Below are positions 25,501 through 39,332 of a stretch of DNA of 64,000 nucleotides, in pieces. Location: contig NC_057756.1 in NCBI RefSeq assembly GCF_004010195.1, positions 1,278,672 to 1,342,671 of the forward strand, read 5' to 3'. Every line of letters starts with the position of its first letter. Position 1 is the stretch's first letter. The notes beneath the pieces were generated by a model. That model searched no databases, was not told where the DNA came from, and saw only the letters and a list, made by a program, of their open reading frames with translations. The translations under genes were made by a program, and so were the position numbers. This stretch comes from Chiloscyllium plagiosum. Lineage: Eukaryota.

Positions 25501-27075
25501 CTTTTCTCAACTGTACCAGTCACAGATTGATCTCTTGCCTCACTATCTCCCTGGGTCTTACCCCATCACCTTAATAGTTTAAAGCCTCCTGACCAGCTCT
25601 AACAAATCTCCCTGCCAGTCTATTATCCCCTTGCAATTCAGGTGAGATTCTAACGATGCAAAAATGAGAACCCTTGTCCCATGCACAAGCTCCTCACCCA
25701 TGCATTCATCTGCTGAATCCTCCTATCCCTACCGTGACCAGCTCGCAGCATCAGAGCAATCCAGATATTACTGGAGCATCTCCTTTTTAACTTCCTGCCT
25801 AACTCTCTGTATTCTCCCTTCAGAATCTCAACATTTTCCCGCGCTATGTTGTTGGTTCCAGTGTATACAATGACCCCTTGCTGGTCCCTCTCCCAACTGA
25901 GAACATTATTCACCCTCTCTGAGACATCCTTAGTCCTGGCACCAGGGAGGTAACACACTATTATGATTTTTCGCTGCTGGCCACAGAAACATCTGTCTGT
26001 GCCTCGGACTAGAAAATCTCCTAACGCAATTGATCTCTTGGAACCCGATGTACCCCTCATTGCATTAGAGCCAGGCTCGATACCAGAAACTAAGCTGTTC
26101 TTGCTACATTCCCTGAGAATTCATCACCCTTACATTTTCCAAAACAGTATAATTGTTTGAAATGGGGATAGCCACAGAAGACTCCTGCACTACCTGTCTT
26201 CCCCTCTCACCTTTCCTGGAGGTAACACATCTATGTGACTGCATCTGCAACTTTTTCCCCTTCCTGTAACTGCCGTCTATCACATCGCCTTGCTCTTGCA
26301 GATTTTTCATTGCCTCTAAATGTCTCTCCAAACGATTAATTTGATCGATAGGATTTGCAACCAATAATATTTATTGCAGATAAAACCCTCAGTCACACGT
26401 AAAATCTTCCTAAACTCACACATCCGACAAGAAGAGCATATCACTTTACTAAAGGCCATTTTTGCTTCTTCCGAGAAACAGACACAGAAAATAGCACTGC
26501 CTTATTCCTCGACGAAACATTGCTCCAAGTAATTTAATACTGATGGCTTCTTTTCTTCATTTTAATCATGAAACATATCTCAATAAAACATATAATCAAG
26601 AAAAAAAACCCACTTTACTCACTACTGCACACTGACTGTAAGGCCACACTTAAAAAAATACTCACTTATTTGTTTCTATGCGGTGACCTCTCCCAAACAG
26701 ACTCCTCCAAGATTAGTTGTGAATTTCATGGTGTTTTAATTTTCCCAGACGCACTCCGATGCCCAGTGAATTGAAACAACAAAGGCAATATCTGCGCAGG
26801 TTCATTGCTGTGTCAGGGAGCAGTGTAGGTTTCTTTTTCTCTTTCCTGTACTGACCTCACCATATGCTGTCTTTGTTTGTTCCTTTCCCTTTTAAAAGTG
26901 CTGTTGTTTTGATTTTGTTTTTCTCCAAATTTCCAGAAAACAATGCAACAGCATATAAAACAGTAAATGCTGCTCCTGGAATTCGAGGAAATCACCTCCA
27001 ACACTTAGAATACTTCAAGAAAGGAGCAATCTGTTACAGCCAGAGCATTTTCCCGTCCTCTATCCCGGATTACCC
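22570..27075 (-). mobile_element. Near full-length, decayed CR1 LINE (about 4.5 kb: 5' UTR, ORF1, ORF2, 3' tail)
   Basis: ORF1 starts at ATG 26459 (MAFSKVICSSC) and includes esterase remnants (ALGDFLVRGTD, VIVYTGTNN). ORF2 has the APE endonuclease motif WDIIAVTETWL and RT motifs (YRPVSLTSVV, SGVQQRSVLGP, SKFADD). There are many frameshifts. Confidence 0.95.
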
Positions 27076-27688
27076 GGATTTCTGTACTATTTTCTTTTAT
27101 TAATCCACACTTAGTAGCATTTATGTCCCGAATATTAATTTATTGGATCACTTCAGAGGATAGTTGGAAATCCAACAGGCTTGCAGTAAAATAGACTCCC
27201 TTCTAAATCTGGACCATCTAAGGACTGTGGCTTTGATTTCTGAATCAATGTTTATGAATCCGTTGGGAGCTTACAACAATCCTGCAGGATACCTTCGACA
27301 GCAGTATTTTATTAGTCAACCTGGTTCAAATGTTGAAAGAACGGTTTTTAGTTTAGATCTGAGATTATCTGTTGCATCTATCCAGGTCTCTCGATTTCTA
27401 ACACCATTACCTCAGCTGTTACCGTAAGTACAGAAAGAAAGCCAAGCTCAACACAAATCGGTCAGTTTAACCCCAATGTTTTGAGTTCAAAATTGATACA
27501 GTTTTACAACCTGGGACAAGTTAACTTGACTATCAGCTACACTCAGACTCGGGTAAAATGTCCTTGATCACAGGATTTCAACTAATGTACTGCCGATGTG
27601 GTTTGATCAGACTGAGATTCTGTACAGCACTCTGGAGTTACTCATTTTCAAAATATTGTCATAGTTGCCAAGTAGAAATTCTACCTAC

Positions 27689-27715
27689 CCAGCTGTGTTA
27701 CCTTCTCCTGGAGGT
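27689..27715 (-). CDS. Micro-exon, 27 nt (DLQEKVTQL)
   Basis: ctttcttctttccAG|acctccaggagaaggtaacacagctgg|GTaggt; phase 1-1, heptad-like. Confidence 0.85.
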
Positions 27716-28479
27716 CTGGAAAGAAGAAAGTTTATTTTTCTTTGAATTAATTGGACATGTAATTAGAGCCAAGAAATATTTGGATGAATTTCTCTCCCTA
27801 TTTTTGTTTCCTGAATAACTGAAAAGAAAGTCAATAATACAAATCGTGTGACCTATGATTGGTCAGAAAGAGGAACAATAATGGATAAGGGATCAACTTG
27901 ATCTTTCATTTTTGCAAATCTCTCGTAGGTGATTCCAAAAATGAATAACACAATTCCAGTGAATCTGTTCTGTCCAAGCCCGTTCTGATACTTGTCCATT
28001 TTCCATTAATCAATTAATCATTTTGAGTGAAAGTCCTCCTTTATGTCTTTCTTCTTTGAAGTTGAACTCGTGCTCAAATTATCCAGCAGATATTAAGAAT
28101 ATCTGGAATAATTGAACGATATAGGGTCCTCCTAGGTCACTCAGGCTTCGGTGTATCTGCATTCTGATGTTGCACAGTTAGCAAACATATATGAAAATTA
28201 AAATGTAATCGTGATTCTTCCTGGAATTTTAACTGATGATACCTTCACTTGGCGCCACGTTAGTTGTCAGTTACCCAAGTGTCAATGCTCCGTACAATCT
28301 ATGAATCACTGAGTCATGAAATTTCAGTGTATTTGAATGTTAGACGTGTGCGTGAGCATGTGTATACATGTTATAATGGATGCGCTATATTTTTTTTTAG
28401 TAACTGATGGAATCTTTCCATCCTTTCACATATTCTTTAATGTTAGACAGTTACAAACGACTCAAAAGAAAATCAAAGA

Positions 28480-29960
28480 ACGGAGATTGTGCAAAGTTCA
28501 GGAAGAAATTGGGAGGTTCCTATCAGAAAAATTCCTATCATCGATAACCATGTGGAGGATTGGTGGGTGGCTATTGTTGTGCCGTTATTTAGGAAAGGCT
28601 GTAAGAAGGTGCCTGGGAACTATAGACCTGTGAATCTGACATTATTAGTGAGTAATGTGTTGGTGGTCAGTCTGGAAGTTAGGATTTACAAGCATTTGGA
28701 GAGGCAAAGAACGATTAGGGATAGTCAGTATGGTTTTGTGCGAAATAAGACCTGTCTCACAAACCTAGTTGAGTTTTTAGAGGAATTAACCGAAAAGATT
28801 GATGAGGGCATAGTGATAGACTTTCTTTACTTGGACTTTAGAAAGGCCTTTGATAAAGTTCTGCACGATGGGCTAATTAGTAGAGTTAGATCATATGGCA
28901 TTCAAGATAAGGTTGTTAATTGGATACAAAATTGGCATGGCAGTAGGAGATAGAAGGTTGTGATGGAGGGTTACTTTTCAGACGGGAGGCCTCCACCAAT
29001 GGTGGTCCCCCGGGATTTGTGTTATACCCATTTTTGTTCCTGATTTATATAAATGATTTGGATGAGGGTAGAGGAGGCATGGTTGGTAAGATTGTGGTGA
29101 AAATCAAAATTGGTGATAAAGTGGACAGTGAAGAAGGTTACTTAAGATTACAAAGAGAGCTTGATTAATCGTGTTAATGAGCTGAAGTGTGGCAGATGGA
29201 GTTTAGTTTGAATAAATTCAAGGCATTTTGGTCAAATAAGCAAGGGCAGGATCTAGACAATTAATGGTCTGGCATTGGGTAATTTTGAAGAACAGAGAGA
29301 CGTCTTGGCTCAATTCTTTGAAATTTGCACTAGTGAATAAAGTGTTGGCAGTCATTATGAAAGGTTGGATTTACATGCATTTGGAGAGGCAAAAACAGAT
29401 TAGGGATAGTCAGTATGGTTTTGCGCTTCCGTTCACTGCTGAGACCTTTGAGTATAGGAGTTGGGGTGTCATGCTGAGGTTGTACAGTGTTGGAGTACAG
29501 TGTGCACTTCAGAGGCCCTGTTATAAGAAACATATTAATACAGTGGAGAAGATTCAGAAACGATTTGCCAGGATGTTTCCCGGAATGAGGGCTTGAGTTA
29601 TAAAAGCAGGCTGGATAGGCTAGGACATTTTTCACAGTGTAGAAAGTTGAGGCGTGACCTTACAAACGTTTAAAAAATGACAAGCATTGATAAGCAGAAT
29701 GGCAAATTTCTTTTCCCTAATGTGGAGTTGAAAACTAGGAGGCATATTATTAAGGTGAGAGAAGACGTATCCTAAAAGAGAGATGAGAGGTAACGTTTTT
29801 CACACAGAATGATTAGTGTGTGGAATAAACTGCCAGTGGAAGTCATATATGTAGGTACAGTTACAATGCTTAAAAAGAAATTGGATAATTACATGAATAG
29901 GAAAGGTTTGGAGGGCTGTGCGCCAAACGTAGGCAGGTGGGATAAGTTTAATTTGGGAAC
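28480..29960 (+). mobile_element. CR1 ORF2 RT half and 3' end, decayed
   Basis: ORF 28489..28953 (GNYRPVNLT...QYGFVRNKTCLTNL...YLDFRKAFDKV) and ORF 29264..29596. Confidence 0.9.
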
Positions 29961-31339
29961 ATGGTGACGTGGAATAGTGTGGTGGATGTGGTAGTTCAGG
30001 GAGAGTTTCCATGTTACTGATGGTTATGTCTGCAGGAAGTGTGTTTGATTGCAAATTCTATCAGATTGCATTGATCAGTTAGAGCAGCATTTAGAGGCAA
30101 TAAGAAATTTCCAAGAGCTACGGGGTGTAATGGATGGCAGTTATAGGAAGGGAGAAACGCTGCAGATGCAGTCAGGTAGATGGGTAAACTGCAGGAAAGT
30201 AGGAGGGGAAGGTAGGTAGTGCAGGAGACATCTGTGGCTATCCCCATTTCAAACAAGGATGCTGTTTTGGAAAATGTAGGGGGTGACAGACTCTCAGGAG
30301 AATGTAGCACGAACAGCCAAGTTTCTGGTATAGAGACTGTCACTCATGTAATGAGGATTGCATCGGATTCCAAGCGATCGATTGTGATAGGAGACTGTCT
30401 GGTCAGAGGTACAGATGGATATTTCTGCGGCTATCAGTGAAAAATCAGAGTGTACTGTTGCCTCCCTGGTGTCAGGATCAAGGATATCTCAGAGAGCGTA
30501 CAGAATGTTCTTAAATGGGAGACGGACCAGCAGGAGGTCATTGTACACATTAGACATAATGACAAAGGATGGGAATAGGTTGGGATTCTGAAGGGAGAAT
30601 ATAGAGAGTTAGGCAGGAAGTTAAATAAGAAATCCTCGAGGATAGTAATACCTGGATTAATCACAGCGCTACGATGTATTGATGGTAGGAATAGGAGGAG
30701 AGAGCAGGAGAATGTGTGGTTGAGGAGCTGGTGCAAGGGAGAAGGGTTCACATTTTTGGATCAATGGAATCTCTTCTGGGGTAGAAGTGACCTGTACAAG
30801 AAGGATGGATTGTACCTGAATTGGAACGGCAAAAATATACTGGCAGGGAGTTTTGCTAGATCTGCTCGGGGGAATTTAAACTAGTAAGATGGGGGAGGAG
30901 AATCCAGGGAAATAGTGAGGAAAGAGATCAATCTGAAACTGGTGCAACTGGGAAAAAGAGCGGGTAAAACTATCAGGGCAGGCAGGAACAAAGCAGAGAA
31001 CAAGGTAGGGCTAATAAATAAAGTTGCATTTACTTGAATGCAGGAGGTCTAACAAGGTAGGCAGATGAACGGAGGGCATGGTTAGGAACATGGGACTGCG
31101 ATATCATTGCAATTACAGAAGTGTGGCTCAGGGATGAACAGGACTGGCAGCTCAATGTTCCAGGATACGCATGCTGTAGGTAGGATAGAATGGGGGCAAA
31201 AGAGGAGGGAGAGTGGCGCTTTTGAGAAGGAATAGCATTACTGCTGTACGTAGGGAGGATATTCTTGGGAATATATCCAGGGAAGTTATTTGGGTGGAAC
31301 TAACAAATAAAAAAAAAAGGATGGTCACATTATTGCCCA

Positions 31340-33195
31340 GTTTGATTGACCAGTTGCACTACTGGACAAGGAAGACATCACAGCTGTGCTGAAGGAGGAC
31401 GCTACGGAAGAGTCGAACAGTGAGGCAATATGGGCAGAGTCAGAAATGTGAAGGGTGCAGTAACAATGTTGGAATTGTACTCCAGGCCTCCCAATAGTGA
31501 ACGTGAGATAGAGATACAAATATGTAGAGAGAGCATAGAAAGATGTACGAACGACAGGGTAGTGGTGATAGGAGATTTCAATTTTCCCAACATTGACTGG
31601 AATTCACTTAGTGTTAAAGGTCTGCTTGGAGCAGCATTTGTAAGGAACATCCAGGAGTATGTAAGTAGTCCAAAAGGGAAGGGGCCCTACTGGACCTGAT
31701 GTTACGAAATGAGCACGGCCATGTGGTTAAGCTTGCAGTGGGGGATTACTTTGTGAATAGTGATCACAATTCCTTAAGTTTTAGAATGCTTATGGACAAA
31801 GGTGAGAGTGGTGCGAAAGGAAGAATGCTAAATTGGGGGAAGGCCAACTATACCAAAATTGGCACAAGCTGTGGAATGTAGATTGGGAATAGCTGTTTGA
31901 AAATAAATCCACATGCGATATGTGGGAGGCTTTTAAAAAAAGAAGTTAATTATGGTTCAGGAAATATATGTTCCTGTGAAAAAGAGGGGTAGAAATGGCA
32001 AGGTTAGGGAACCACGAATGACAGGTGAAATTGTGAGATTAGCTAAGAGGCGAAAAGATGCGTACATAATGTCTAAGCGAAGGAATACAGACGAAGCTTT
32101 GCAAGGATATTAGAAATGTTGGACCAATCTGAAATGAGGAATTAAGAGGGCTAAAAGTGGTCATGAGATATCCTTAGTGAACGGGGTTAACGAAAACCCA
32201 AAGCTTTTTATTCATAAATAAGGAGCAAGAGGATACCTCGGGAAAGGGTTGACCCATTCAAGGTAAAAGAAGGAAAGATATGTATGGAGTCAGATAAAAT
32301 GATTGAGATTGTTGATGAGTACTTTGTTTTGGTATTCACGAAGGAGTGGGACATGACGGATGTTGAGGTTTGGGATCGATCTTTGATTACTCTTGGTCAA
32401 GTAGGCATAAGGAGGAAAGATGTGTTGTGTATTCTAACAGACATCGAGGTGGACAAGTCCCCAGGTCCGGATGGGATCTATCTCAGGTTTCTGTGGGAAG
32501 TGAGAGAGAAAATAGCTGGGGCTTTAACAGCATCATCTTTGCAGCATCATCGAAAACGGGGAAGGTCCCTGAGGACTGGAGAATTGTTAATATTGTTCCT
32601 TGTTTAAGAAGGGTAGCAAGGATAATCTAGGTAATTACAGACTTGTAAACCTGACGTCAGTGGTAGGGAAACTACTGGAGAAGATACTAAGGGATAGGAT
32701 ATGTATCCATTTGGAAGTAAATCGGCCTATCAGTGATAGGCAGCATGGTTTTATGCAGGGAAGGCCATGTTTAACAAACTTAATAGAATTCTTTTAAGTG
32801 GTGACAAAGATGATTGATGAGGGGAGGAAAGTAAATGTCATATACCTGAACTTTACTAAGTCATTTGATAAGATTTCCTATGGTATGCTGATGAAGAAGA
32901 TAATGTCGCATGGGGTCCAGGGTGTTCTCGCTAGATGGATAGAGAACTGGTTGAGCAACAGGGGAGAGAGATTAGTGGTGGAAGGGAGAATCTCAAAATG
33001 GGGACCTATGAGCAGTGGAGTCCCACAGGGATTCGTGCTGGGACCACTGTTGTTTGCGACATACATACATGATTTGGAGGATGCAAATTCAGAGCAAACT
33101 GTACAGTAAATTGAAAAGTCCTGGGGAAAATTATGTACATAGAGATCTGGGTGTTCAGGTCCATTGCTGTAATCCTATTTGTTCTTTCTTCTTTG
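31340..33195 (+). mobile_element. Nested CR1 of a different subfamily (endonuclease-RT, internally deleted)
   Basis: ORFs 31430..31699 (VVVIGDFNFPNIDW), 32600..32797 and 32798..33109 (SGVPQGFVLGPLLF); attattg is present on both sides. Confidence 0.8.
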
Positions 33196-34079
33196 TTATT
33201 ATTGGGATTATATTATAGACGCCCTAACAGTCACCGGGAAATCGAGAAACAAATTTGTAAGGAGACTTCAGTCATCTGTAAGAATAATAGGGTTTTTCTG
33301 GTGGGCGATTTTAACATTTCAACCATTGACTGGGACTGCCATAGCGTTAAGTGCTTATGTGGAGAAGAACCTGTTAAGTGTGTACAAGAAAATTCTCTGA
33401 TTCAGTATATGGATGTACCTACTATAGAAGGTGGAAAAATCTATCTACTCTTGGGAAATAAGACAGGACAGGTGGCTGAGGTGTCACTGGGGGAGCACAT
33501 TGGGGCCAGGGACCATAATTCTATTCGTTTCAAAATAGTGATGGAAAAGGATAGACCGGATCTAAAAGTGGAAGTTCTAAATTTTGATCGTGTTAGGCAA
33601 GACCTTTCAGAAGATGATTGGGGGCAGATGTTCGCAGGTAAAGGGGCAGCTGGAAAATGGGAAGCCTTCAAAAATGAGGTAACGACAGTCCAGAGTCAGT
33701 ATATTCCTGTTATGGTGAAAGAAAAGTTCGGGTGGTGTAGGGAATGCTGGATTCCAGGAAAAATTGAGGTTTTGGTTTAAAAAACGAAGGAAGCATATGT
33801 CAAGTATAGACAATAGTGTATAAAGGCAGGAGGAGTATATTTAAGATGGAAATCAGGAGGGCAAAAAGGGGACATGAGACAGCTTTAGGAAGTAGGGTTA
33901 AGGAAAATCCAAAGAGATTTTATAATCACATTAAGGACAAAAGGGTAACTGGAGAGAGAATAGAGCCCCTCAAAGATCAATAAGGCAGCCTTTGTGTTGA
34001 GCTGCAGGAGATGGGAGAGATGCACAAACGAGTATTTTGCATCTGTATTAAATGTGGACAAGAAATTGGGACATGCAGT

Positions 34080-34352
34080 GGGCAGCACGGTGGCACAGTG
34101 GTTAGCACAGTTTCCTCCCAGCGCCAGCGACCCGGGTTCAATTCCTGCTGCAACCAGCTATCTGTGTGGAGTTTGCTCCGGTTTCCTCCCACAGTCCAAA
34201 AATGTGCAGGTCAGGTGAATTGGTCATGCTAAATTGCCCGTAGTGATAGGTGAAGGGTAAATGTTGGGGAATGAGTCTGGGTGGGTTACCTTTCGTAGAG
34301 CTGGTTGGGCGAAAGGACATGTTTCCATACTGTAGGGAATCTAATCTAATCA
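34080..34352 (+). mobile_element. tRNA-derived SINE (V-SINE/HE1-like)
   Basis: A box tggcacagtgg, B box ggttcaattcc, core gctccggtttcctcccacagtccaaa, tail aatctaatctaatc. Confidence 0.9.
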
Positions 34353-36196
34353 AAAATTTGATTGCGTTTTTTTGAAGTGTAACAAAAAGGATTAATGAGG
34401 GCAGCCTGATGGATATGCGTAGACTTCATTGAGGCATTCAACAAGGTTCCTCACTAGTTGGCAAAGTTCGGTCATATGGAATACGGGGAGAACGAAGCAT
34501 TTTGATGCAGAACTGGATCGAAGGTAGAAGACAGAGGTTTGTTTTTCAGACCAGTGGTGTGCGACAAGGATTGGTATTGGTTCCACTGCTTTTCGTCATT
34601 TATGTAAATAATCTGGATGTGAACAGAAGAGGTACAGTTAGTAAGTTTGCAGATGACACCAAAATTGGAGGTCTGAACAACGAAGCAGGTTACCCTAGAA
34701 TACAATGGGATCTTGAGCAGAGAGACTAATGGGCTGAGGAGTGGCAGATGGAGTTTGGTTTAGATAAATGCATGATGCTTTATTTTGGGAAAAAAATGAT
34801 TAGGACTTATACACTTAATGATACGGTCCTGGGGAGTGTTGCTGAGCAAAGAGACCTTGGAGTGCAGGTTCATATTTCCTTGGGAGTTGCAGGGAGTTGG
34901 GAGGTTGTAATGCGGCTTTACATGACATTGGTTAAGCTATCTTTGGAATATTGCGTGCAATTCTGGTCTCCCTCCTATCGGAAGTTTGTTGTGAGACTTG
35001 AAAAGGTTCAGAAAAGATTTGTAATAATATCGCCAGGATTGGAAAATTTGAGCTATAGGAAGAGACTGAATAGGCTGGGCCTGCTTTCCCTGGAGCATCG
35101 GAGGCTGAGGTTAGACGTTATAGAGGTTTATAAAATCATGAGGGGCATGATAAGATAAATAGACAAAGTCATTCCCCCAACATGGGGTGTCCAGAACGAG
35201 AGGGCATAGACTCAGGGTGAGAGGGAAAAGATATATAAGTTACCCAAGGGCAAACTTTTTTACACAGTGAGTGGTGCATGCATGGAATGTGTTGCCAGAG
35301 GAAGTGATGGAGGCTGGCGCAGTATTTAAAAGGCATCTGGATGGATATACGAATAAGAAGTGTATAAGGGACATGGGCCAAGTCCTGGCAAATGGGGCTA
35401 GATTAGATTAAGATAGCTGGTCGGCATGGACGAGTTGGTTTAAAGGATCTGTTTTCGTGCTGTACATCTCTATGATTCTATGACTCAATGTTTCCATACT
35501 GCATTACTTGATGACTCTATGAAAACAACGGATGTCTATGAGAACTAGACGTGAAACTCATTCAGGAACAGAGACCAGAGAGTCATTGTGAACATTTCAT
35601 CAGTCTAGAAGAAATTAAGCATATCACTATCAACATCAGTGACGGGACTCGATAGCAGACTGCAAACATTCAAATGTTGTCTCTGAGTGGAAACTCAGGA
35701 TTGCAGTAAATATTGAGCAATTAACACATTTCAAGACCACTTAGGCATGCGGGAGAAAGCATAAGAGACATTGGAGATTTCATTGTTTGAAGGAAATATC
35801 TTGTTTGAATTTCAAAATATCCAAATAGTGCATAATATTTCAGCAGATTTCTAGAAATACTTACTTATTTCTTAATGACTAAGACTAATTTCTTAGAGCA
35901 TTCAAAAATATGATAACTGAAGAAAAACTGAAAAAACAATTTCGTCTCATCCAGTTCCACGTTAAACAATTGGTAAAATCAAAGAAAGACATAAATATAA
36001 ACTGCATGTCTCTATAATATGCACCACAGGATTTTATGTGAGTTGCTATCCATTGTTGTCATGAGTTTCGATATTTGGGTCAATATCTTTTATCAATTGC
36101 AGTCAGTTGATTACAATAAAACAATCTGTCTGTGAGTAGCTAAAAATGTACATGAATCCTAAGGTACATAAAGTTTTAAAGAAGGTTAGCCATTAC

Positions 36197-36220
36197 CTGA
36201 CAACCTGACGTTGCACTCAA
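36197..36220 (-). CDS. Micro-exon, 24 nt (xECNVRLS)
   Basis: ccttgttcctatcttttTAG|ttgagtgcaacgtcaggttgtcag|GTaatg; phase 1-1, open. Confidence 0.75.
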
Positions 36221-36914
36221 CTAAAAAGATAGGAACAAGGGAAAAAAAAAGATTCCATACTTTAACTCCAGACATTTAAACACAATGGTGTCTACACTCA
36301 TTGCGTTAAGTAAACTTGCATTAAATGTATAGTACCGTATCAAAGTTGAGGTAAACTCACATGCCATTTTCATAATTAACATCAATCAAACTGCACTATA
36401 TTTTCACTACAATGCTACCATACATGCATCATCTTTTATATTTTTGATGCATCAGTTAATGTAAAATTGATTGATTTAATGCAATATTACTGTGTTCGAA
36501 ATGCCACAACCAATAGTTGCAAAGAAATATCGAATGCAATACAAAAGTTTGAATTGTCAGACTTTTCCGTGCTTTTACTTGCCATGTTCGTGTTGGTCAA
36601 AGTATCACTCAAAATTTCCTTTACTGTGTGAATTAGCACCTGTCGATTATTTTTTTTCAGTCGAGCGCCCAGTTGAGCGGTTACCTCCGTATCTGATCAA
36701 AACGATGCAGGCTGTATGCTGCAGCATTCCCGGAGCACTACATCTGAGTGAGTTTCAGATGCTCATGTTTATAGCGTTGGAATGGACCCACCATCATTCA
36801 TGAATTATCGGCAACTCTAATACAAACAAAGCCCCCAAACACTGTCTAATCCACTTGTAATATAAGTTTGAATCGGTCCTTCTATCCATTTCTGTTATCT
36901 ACGTATTTTGTTCC

Positions 36915-37500
36915 CTTAAGTAATAGGAACAGCAGTAGGCATTCCAGCCCATCGAACCTGCTCTATCCATTAAATAGAACCATGGCTGAGCTGAAATTCA
37001 TCATCTTCACTTTTCTGTCTTTGCTAAGCAATCATTGATCCTTCTGCTGATCACTTATCTATCTCAGCCTTAAACACGCACAAGAACGCTGCACTCACAG
37101 TTGTGTGCCAAAGGGATCCAAATACTTATAATTGTCTGAGACAAGTTCTTCCTCGTGAAGAAAAGTCTGGAAATTTTGGTAGAATCTTTGGAAACTAATC
37201 AAAGTTAACATTTCAGGTCGACCAAAACATTAACTCTGATTTCTTTCAATAGATTCTGCAAGACCTGCTGAGACCTTCCAACAATTTCTACTTTTCTTTC
37301 TGATTTACAGCATCAGCAGTTCCTTCAGTTTTTTAAATTCCTCCCCATATTCATCTTAAATTTACACTGAGACGTGCCTTCTCATTCTAGATTCACCCAT
37401 GAGAAGAACCATCTTCTCAGCATTTAACCTGTCAAGCCGCTTAAGAATCCGAGATGTTTCAATGAGATAACATCTTGTTCTATAAATTTCGATAAGTATA
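36915..37500 (-). mobile_element. Old CR1 3' end containing an older Penelope-like pLTR hairpin (about 37155-37335)
   Basis: taataggaacagcagtaggcattccagcccatcgaacctgct is a CR1 3' end. The internal aaagttaacatttcaggtc / aaacattaactctgat inverted pair is pLTR-like. Confidence 0.65.
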
Positions 37501-39305
37501 TGTTAGTGTGTTAGTAGTGTTGGCTTTAAAGTGTTTGCATTCCATATTCTTCCTTCATTGAGAATAAACAATTTTCTCTTCAATGATATATTTTTTTCAA
37601 TTTTTAATTTGTGTGAAGCAAAATGGTAGCCGTCCAAGGAATGAAAATGCCTGCACTGCTATCCTGGTAAGAAGCTATTTACTAATCTTCAAAACCTCCA
37701 ATAAAGAGTGTGCAGAATATACACACTCTCATACATACATATGAGTGTGTGTATGTGCGCGCGTGCATGTGTGCAATATTCGAGTCGAAAGTACTGATGT
37801 TTGTTTAATATTGCAGGTAATGGTAAGTATTAATGCACATTTCTTTAACAGTTCGGAAGAACCCGGCTTAAATATTAAATAGCTATATTCTATACCCCAT
37901 TTAAGGTCATTTGGCGTCAGTCTTTATGTCTCACTACCATGACACTTGCAGTATTTAGTCAACACTGGAAACTACAGGTCGTACTTTACAAAACAGTCAC
38001 AACATGCCCTGGCTGCAGTTTTAACCATGATCAAAATTAAAGGCAGCTTCTCTAAAATTGCTAAGCATCCTTTAATGCAGATCCTAAACCGTCTCACAGT
38101 CACTTCTACTGCGAGCCATCTGACTGCAGTAGCAAACACCAGTTCATGCTGCATATTAGATCATGATTGCCATGGTAATAGCAGGGTGAGTTTACTGTCG
38201 GTGTTAGCTAGCTCATTAACCTCCAAGTCGCTCACTAGATATCGATTTTTCAGGGATTCGCATTTCGAAATGAAACAGGCATTGCTGGTTTTCTTAACAC
38301 TTTTCGATTAAGATAGTGGAATCCAATCACAAACGTTTACATAAAACTGGGTCCTGTATGTAAATGAGTTGCTTGAGTATACTCAGATAAAACCAACTAC
38401 AAACTAAACTGATAATCTTCAAAGCTATGAGTTTACTGTGGGAATAGAGTACGAAGTAGTATATTTTTGGTGTTACATTATTGAAGGACTGAAGAGCCTT
38501 TTTTTTAACTGTGATTCTATGATTCTAACTGACTTCCAGCGTATTTCATATGGTTTTTTAAAAATGATGTCCAATAGTATGATCATGTCTATAATCGGCA
38601 TTGTGCTGGATCGAGCCTACAGGCCTGGGCTGAGAGAAGTTCGGTAAGGGACTTTGAGACATTCTGAATTCTGCTGCATCTCTTTGACAAATATTTTTCA
38701 TCAATTAGCATTCTTTACTCATGCTGCATGAATCACTGTTTAAATTTCAAAGTTTGTCTTCTTGCATCCCAGTGCTGACAAATGCAAGATGAATAGCTTC
38801 AATTTGTGCTCCTTTATCATGGTGTTGAGTTCTGTGCTACCGAACAAAGACATCCAGCTAAATTGAATATTTTTAATATTCCTTAGCCAACATCAAAGCA
38901 ATATAAATGATAAATTTTCCCTTTCATATTTCAAACTTTGATAAGAAATTTCTTCAAACTTTATGAAAGATTTCTGCAACTTGGAGTGATTAATATCGAT
39001 ATCCATTCTCTATTTCAGGTCTGGAATATCACCTTCTTGTTCGTTTTTTGTGTTTGTCTTTTTGTAATCATATCTCTTACTCTATTTCCCTCTGCACTTT
39101 TCCCCTTTCCCCTCTGTCACAAGATTCTTGTTCCAACTTGTAACCAAAAAAAGGCAGTTTCTTTTCTCTGTATCATGTTGTGACATTTGATGATTTAACA
39201 TTGGCGCTCCAGGCTACATTGCTAGAGAAGTTATCGAGCATTTCAGGTTGAGGAAGTGAGGTACACAATTGCGTCGAACATCAGAAAATAAGAAAAATAC
39301 TTCAC

Positions 39306-39332
39306 TGTATTTCTGTTGGAGGAGGACGAGCT
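39306..39332 (-). CDS. Micro-exon, 27 nt (ELVLLQQKY)
   Basis: Strong acceptor tttctattttattttcAG|agctcgtcctcctccaacagaaataca|GTgaag; the donor is weak; phase 1-1. Confidence 0.55.

Larger units (their letters stand above)
29965..35490 (+). mobile_element. CR1 LINE (ORF1 to 3' tail) interrupted by another CR1 and a SINE
   Basis: ORF1 remnant SIVIGDCLVRGTD. The endonuclease region breaks at about 31335 and resumes at about 33197 (LLGLYYRRPNS). RT motif SKFADDTK lies in ORF 34502..34729; tail ctatgattctatgactc at about 35471-35487. Confidence 0.9.

Noticed and set aside
34080..34150. tRNA gene
   Set aside because: The A/B boxes continue directly into SINE core and tail sequence, and the same head recurs at 19726 and about 7650. 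It is a SINE head.
37935..37964. Additional 27/30-nt micro-exon (xLTKYCKCH)
   Set aside because: It is frame-symmetric, but a competing AG lies 10 nt upstream of the acceptor, the donor is ambiguous and the peptide is not coil-like. Left out pending cDNA.
38938..39183. Hydrophobic ORF that might be a transmembrane exon
   Set aside because: It is on the wrong strand for the gene, and the hydrophobicity comes from T-rich low-complexity intron sequence.
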